This document shows positions 61,814 through 64,000 of a stretch of DNA of 64,000 nucleotides, one piece after another. Under the pieces are notes generated by a model that was not told the DNA's origin, did no database searches, and saw only the letters and a list, made by a program, of their open reading frames with translations. Location: positions 24,986,001 through 25,050,000 of the forward strand of contig NC_042999.1 in NCBI RefSeq assembly GCF_006345805.1. Reading direction: 5' to 3'. Numbering within the stretch: position 1 is the first letter of the stretch; each line of letters opens with the position of its first letter. Origin of the DNA: Octopus sinensis. Taxonomy: Eukaryota. Position numbers and translations under genes: made by a program.

Positions 61814-62516
61814 GTACATCAAACTTTTGCTCAATCTCTCTTTCTTTTTGATTATGCTAGTAATCAATTCTTCAGATTCGAAACTTTTCTAATTTTTCAT
61901 ATTTCTCAGTATCAAACTCAATATTAATTAACGATATTAATTAATGAAATACAGTTTGCACGACACTCTAAGGATTCTACTACAGTCAGTTTCGAAATAG
62001 TTCGTTTTAATTTCAGCACAAGGTCAATAGTTTTGAGGGGAGGGGGCAAGTTGATTACATGGACACCGATACTTGACTGGTACTTTATTTTAGCGATAAT
62101 GAAAAGATGAAAAAACAAAGTTGACCTCGGCGGAATTTGAAACCCAGAACGTAAATAACCAGAAAAAAATTTCGCTAAGCATTTTGTCCGACGCGCTAAC
62201 GATTCTATCAGTTCACTGTTAAGTCAGTTTGAAAATAACGATTGCAGCACGATTACAAGTTTGTGGAAGACACAGTCGACCGGTTCGATACCAATGTACC
62301 GTTGATTTTACTATGAAATTGATTTCGGTAGGTTTTTTAAAACTCGAAATGAAAAAGATGACAAAATTCTCATTACGTCCGGCACATCCCACCACAAACA
62401 ACATACACACTTATACACTTACATATATACAAATAGACATAAGTACATTAGCACATACTCAAACACACACATGTACCCCAAAGGTTTTATGCTATATGTT
62501 TCTTAGAGTCAACATG

Positions 62517-62908
62517 AGGCATAGAAGTGGCTGCGTGGTAAGTAGCTTGCTTACCAACCACATGGTTCCGGGTTCAGTCCCACTGCGTGGCACCTTGGGC
62601 AAGTGTCTTCTACTATAGCCTCAGGTCGACCAAAGCCTTGTGAGTGGATTTGGTAGACGGAAACTGAAAGAAGCCCGTCGTATATATGTATATATGCATG
62701 TGTATGTGTTTGTGTGTCTGTGTTTGTCCCCCCCCCTAGCATCGCTTGAGAACCGATGTTGGTGTATTTACGCCCCCGTAACTTAGCGGTTCGGTAAAAT
62801 AGACCGATAGAATAAGTACTAGGCTTACAAAGAATAAGTCCTGAGGTCGATTTGCTCGACTAAAAGGTGGTGCTCCAGCATGGCCACAGTCAAATGACTC
62901 AAACAAGA
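62517..62908 (+). mobile_element. SINE family A
   Basis: Full-length match. Confidence 0.9.
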
Positions 62909-63623
62909 AGCTTTTAATGACTTTTTGTTAAATATTACCATTACTGTAACATCTTAAACTTTTGGAAGTATTGAACAATGCAGTTTTAGGTACACTATAT
63001 CTGAAAAGAAAGACAAGGTGGTCACAACTTGAACATTTTTGATAATAACATTGATCTGGCGCTAAACAATAACAACGTTCAGGCTCATCATATATAACCC
63101 CGTCCCTCGAAATATCCTAGATTCTTCTCTATACTCAACCTAAACATTTCTTGCTCTGGATTTAATCACTTCTAATGAAATAAATGACCAATCAAATATA
63201 AACCAACAAGAGATGCAACACGGATTTTTGTCAGTGAACATGTCGCGGTCTTAAAGCGAAGAAAATAATATTTTGACAAATTAAACTTAAATGTTGAAGT
63301 GAATCGAACGGCTTTTGTGTGTTTCTTAAATGGCTTACAAACACCTTCCACGCTGCAACTGTTTTCGTTTCAGCACACGATCTCTGATCAAATCACTTGC
63401 TATGCAAGTACATCTCCAAATATAAACCTCCCCGACGAATCCTTACATAAAAAAAAAAAAACTTTTGAGAAATTTCCATCTTACACTATGCCTATTCCTG
63501 AGGCAGTACCGTACCTACGTAATGCCATCCATACATATTTTCACCCGCTTCGCAATATCTCCATTTTGCAATGCCACTCTTACTTAATGTCACTTATTAC
63601 GAAATGCAATCTTTACATCATAC

Positions 63624-63856
63624 CTATTTCTTTATTACCCACAAGGGGCTAAACATAGAAGGGACAAACAAGGACAGACATAGGTATTAAGTCGATTACA
63701 TCGACCCAGTGCGTAACTGGTACTTTATTTATCGACCCCGAAAGGATGAAAGGCAAAGTCGACCTCGGCGGAATTTGAACTCAGAACGTAACGGCAGACG
63801 AAATACCGGTAAGCATTTCGCCCGGCGCGCTAACGTCTTTGCCAGCTTGCCGCCTT
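63624..63856 (-). mobile_element. SINE family B
   Basis: Full length; TSD aatctttacatcatacc. Confidence 0.9.
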
Positions 63857-64000
63857 TATATCATACCACGTCATACAATCTTTACATCATACCACGACAT
63901 GTATAATTACACTAATGAAGCAATGCAATAGCTTCTGTAAAGGGCACAAAGCTACCTTTATGTCACATAATGTCACATCTTATATACTGTCATATCTTAC

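Overview
AT-rich, microsatellite-rich eukaryotic DNA. The SINE families, repeat landscape and gene type point to a coleoid cephalopod, probably Octopus (inference). One host gene is well supported: an intact, secreted tyrosinase-like type-3 copper protein on the minus strand, with coding exons 49019-48810, 43950-43841 and 33381-32688 (337 aa, all six Cu-binding His present). Two weak plus-strand exon candidates lie at 792-944 and near 29865. Most of the remainder is transposon-derived: three tRNA-derived SINE families, RTE/Tx1/R4-type LINE fragments, Penelope-like elements, a decayed Gypsy, piggyBac/hAT/Tc1-mariner derivatives, a GG-terminated MITE family with 8-bp TSDs and telomere-like repeats, and Helitron-type elements. 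Two highlights stand out. (1) A young Penelope-like retroelement in tyrosinase intron 2 forms a ~1.4-kb near-perfect inverted repeat, and each arm carries a minimal hammerhead ribozyme with a U3-A8 core variant. (2) A fragmented Helitron/Helentron fossil (~16-25 kb, minus strand) has a Pif1 helicase followed by a degenerate USP/peptidase-C19-like domain. All decayed-element calls come from by-eye translation across stops and frameshifts. Their boundaries, and most SINE boundaries, are approximate.
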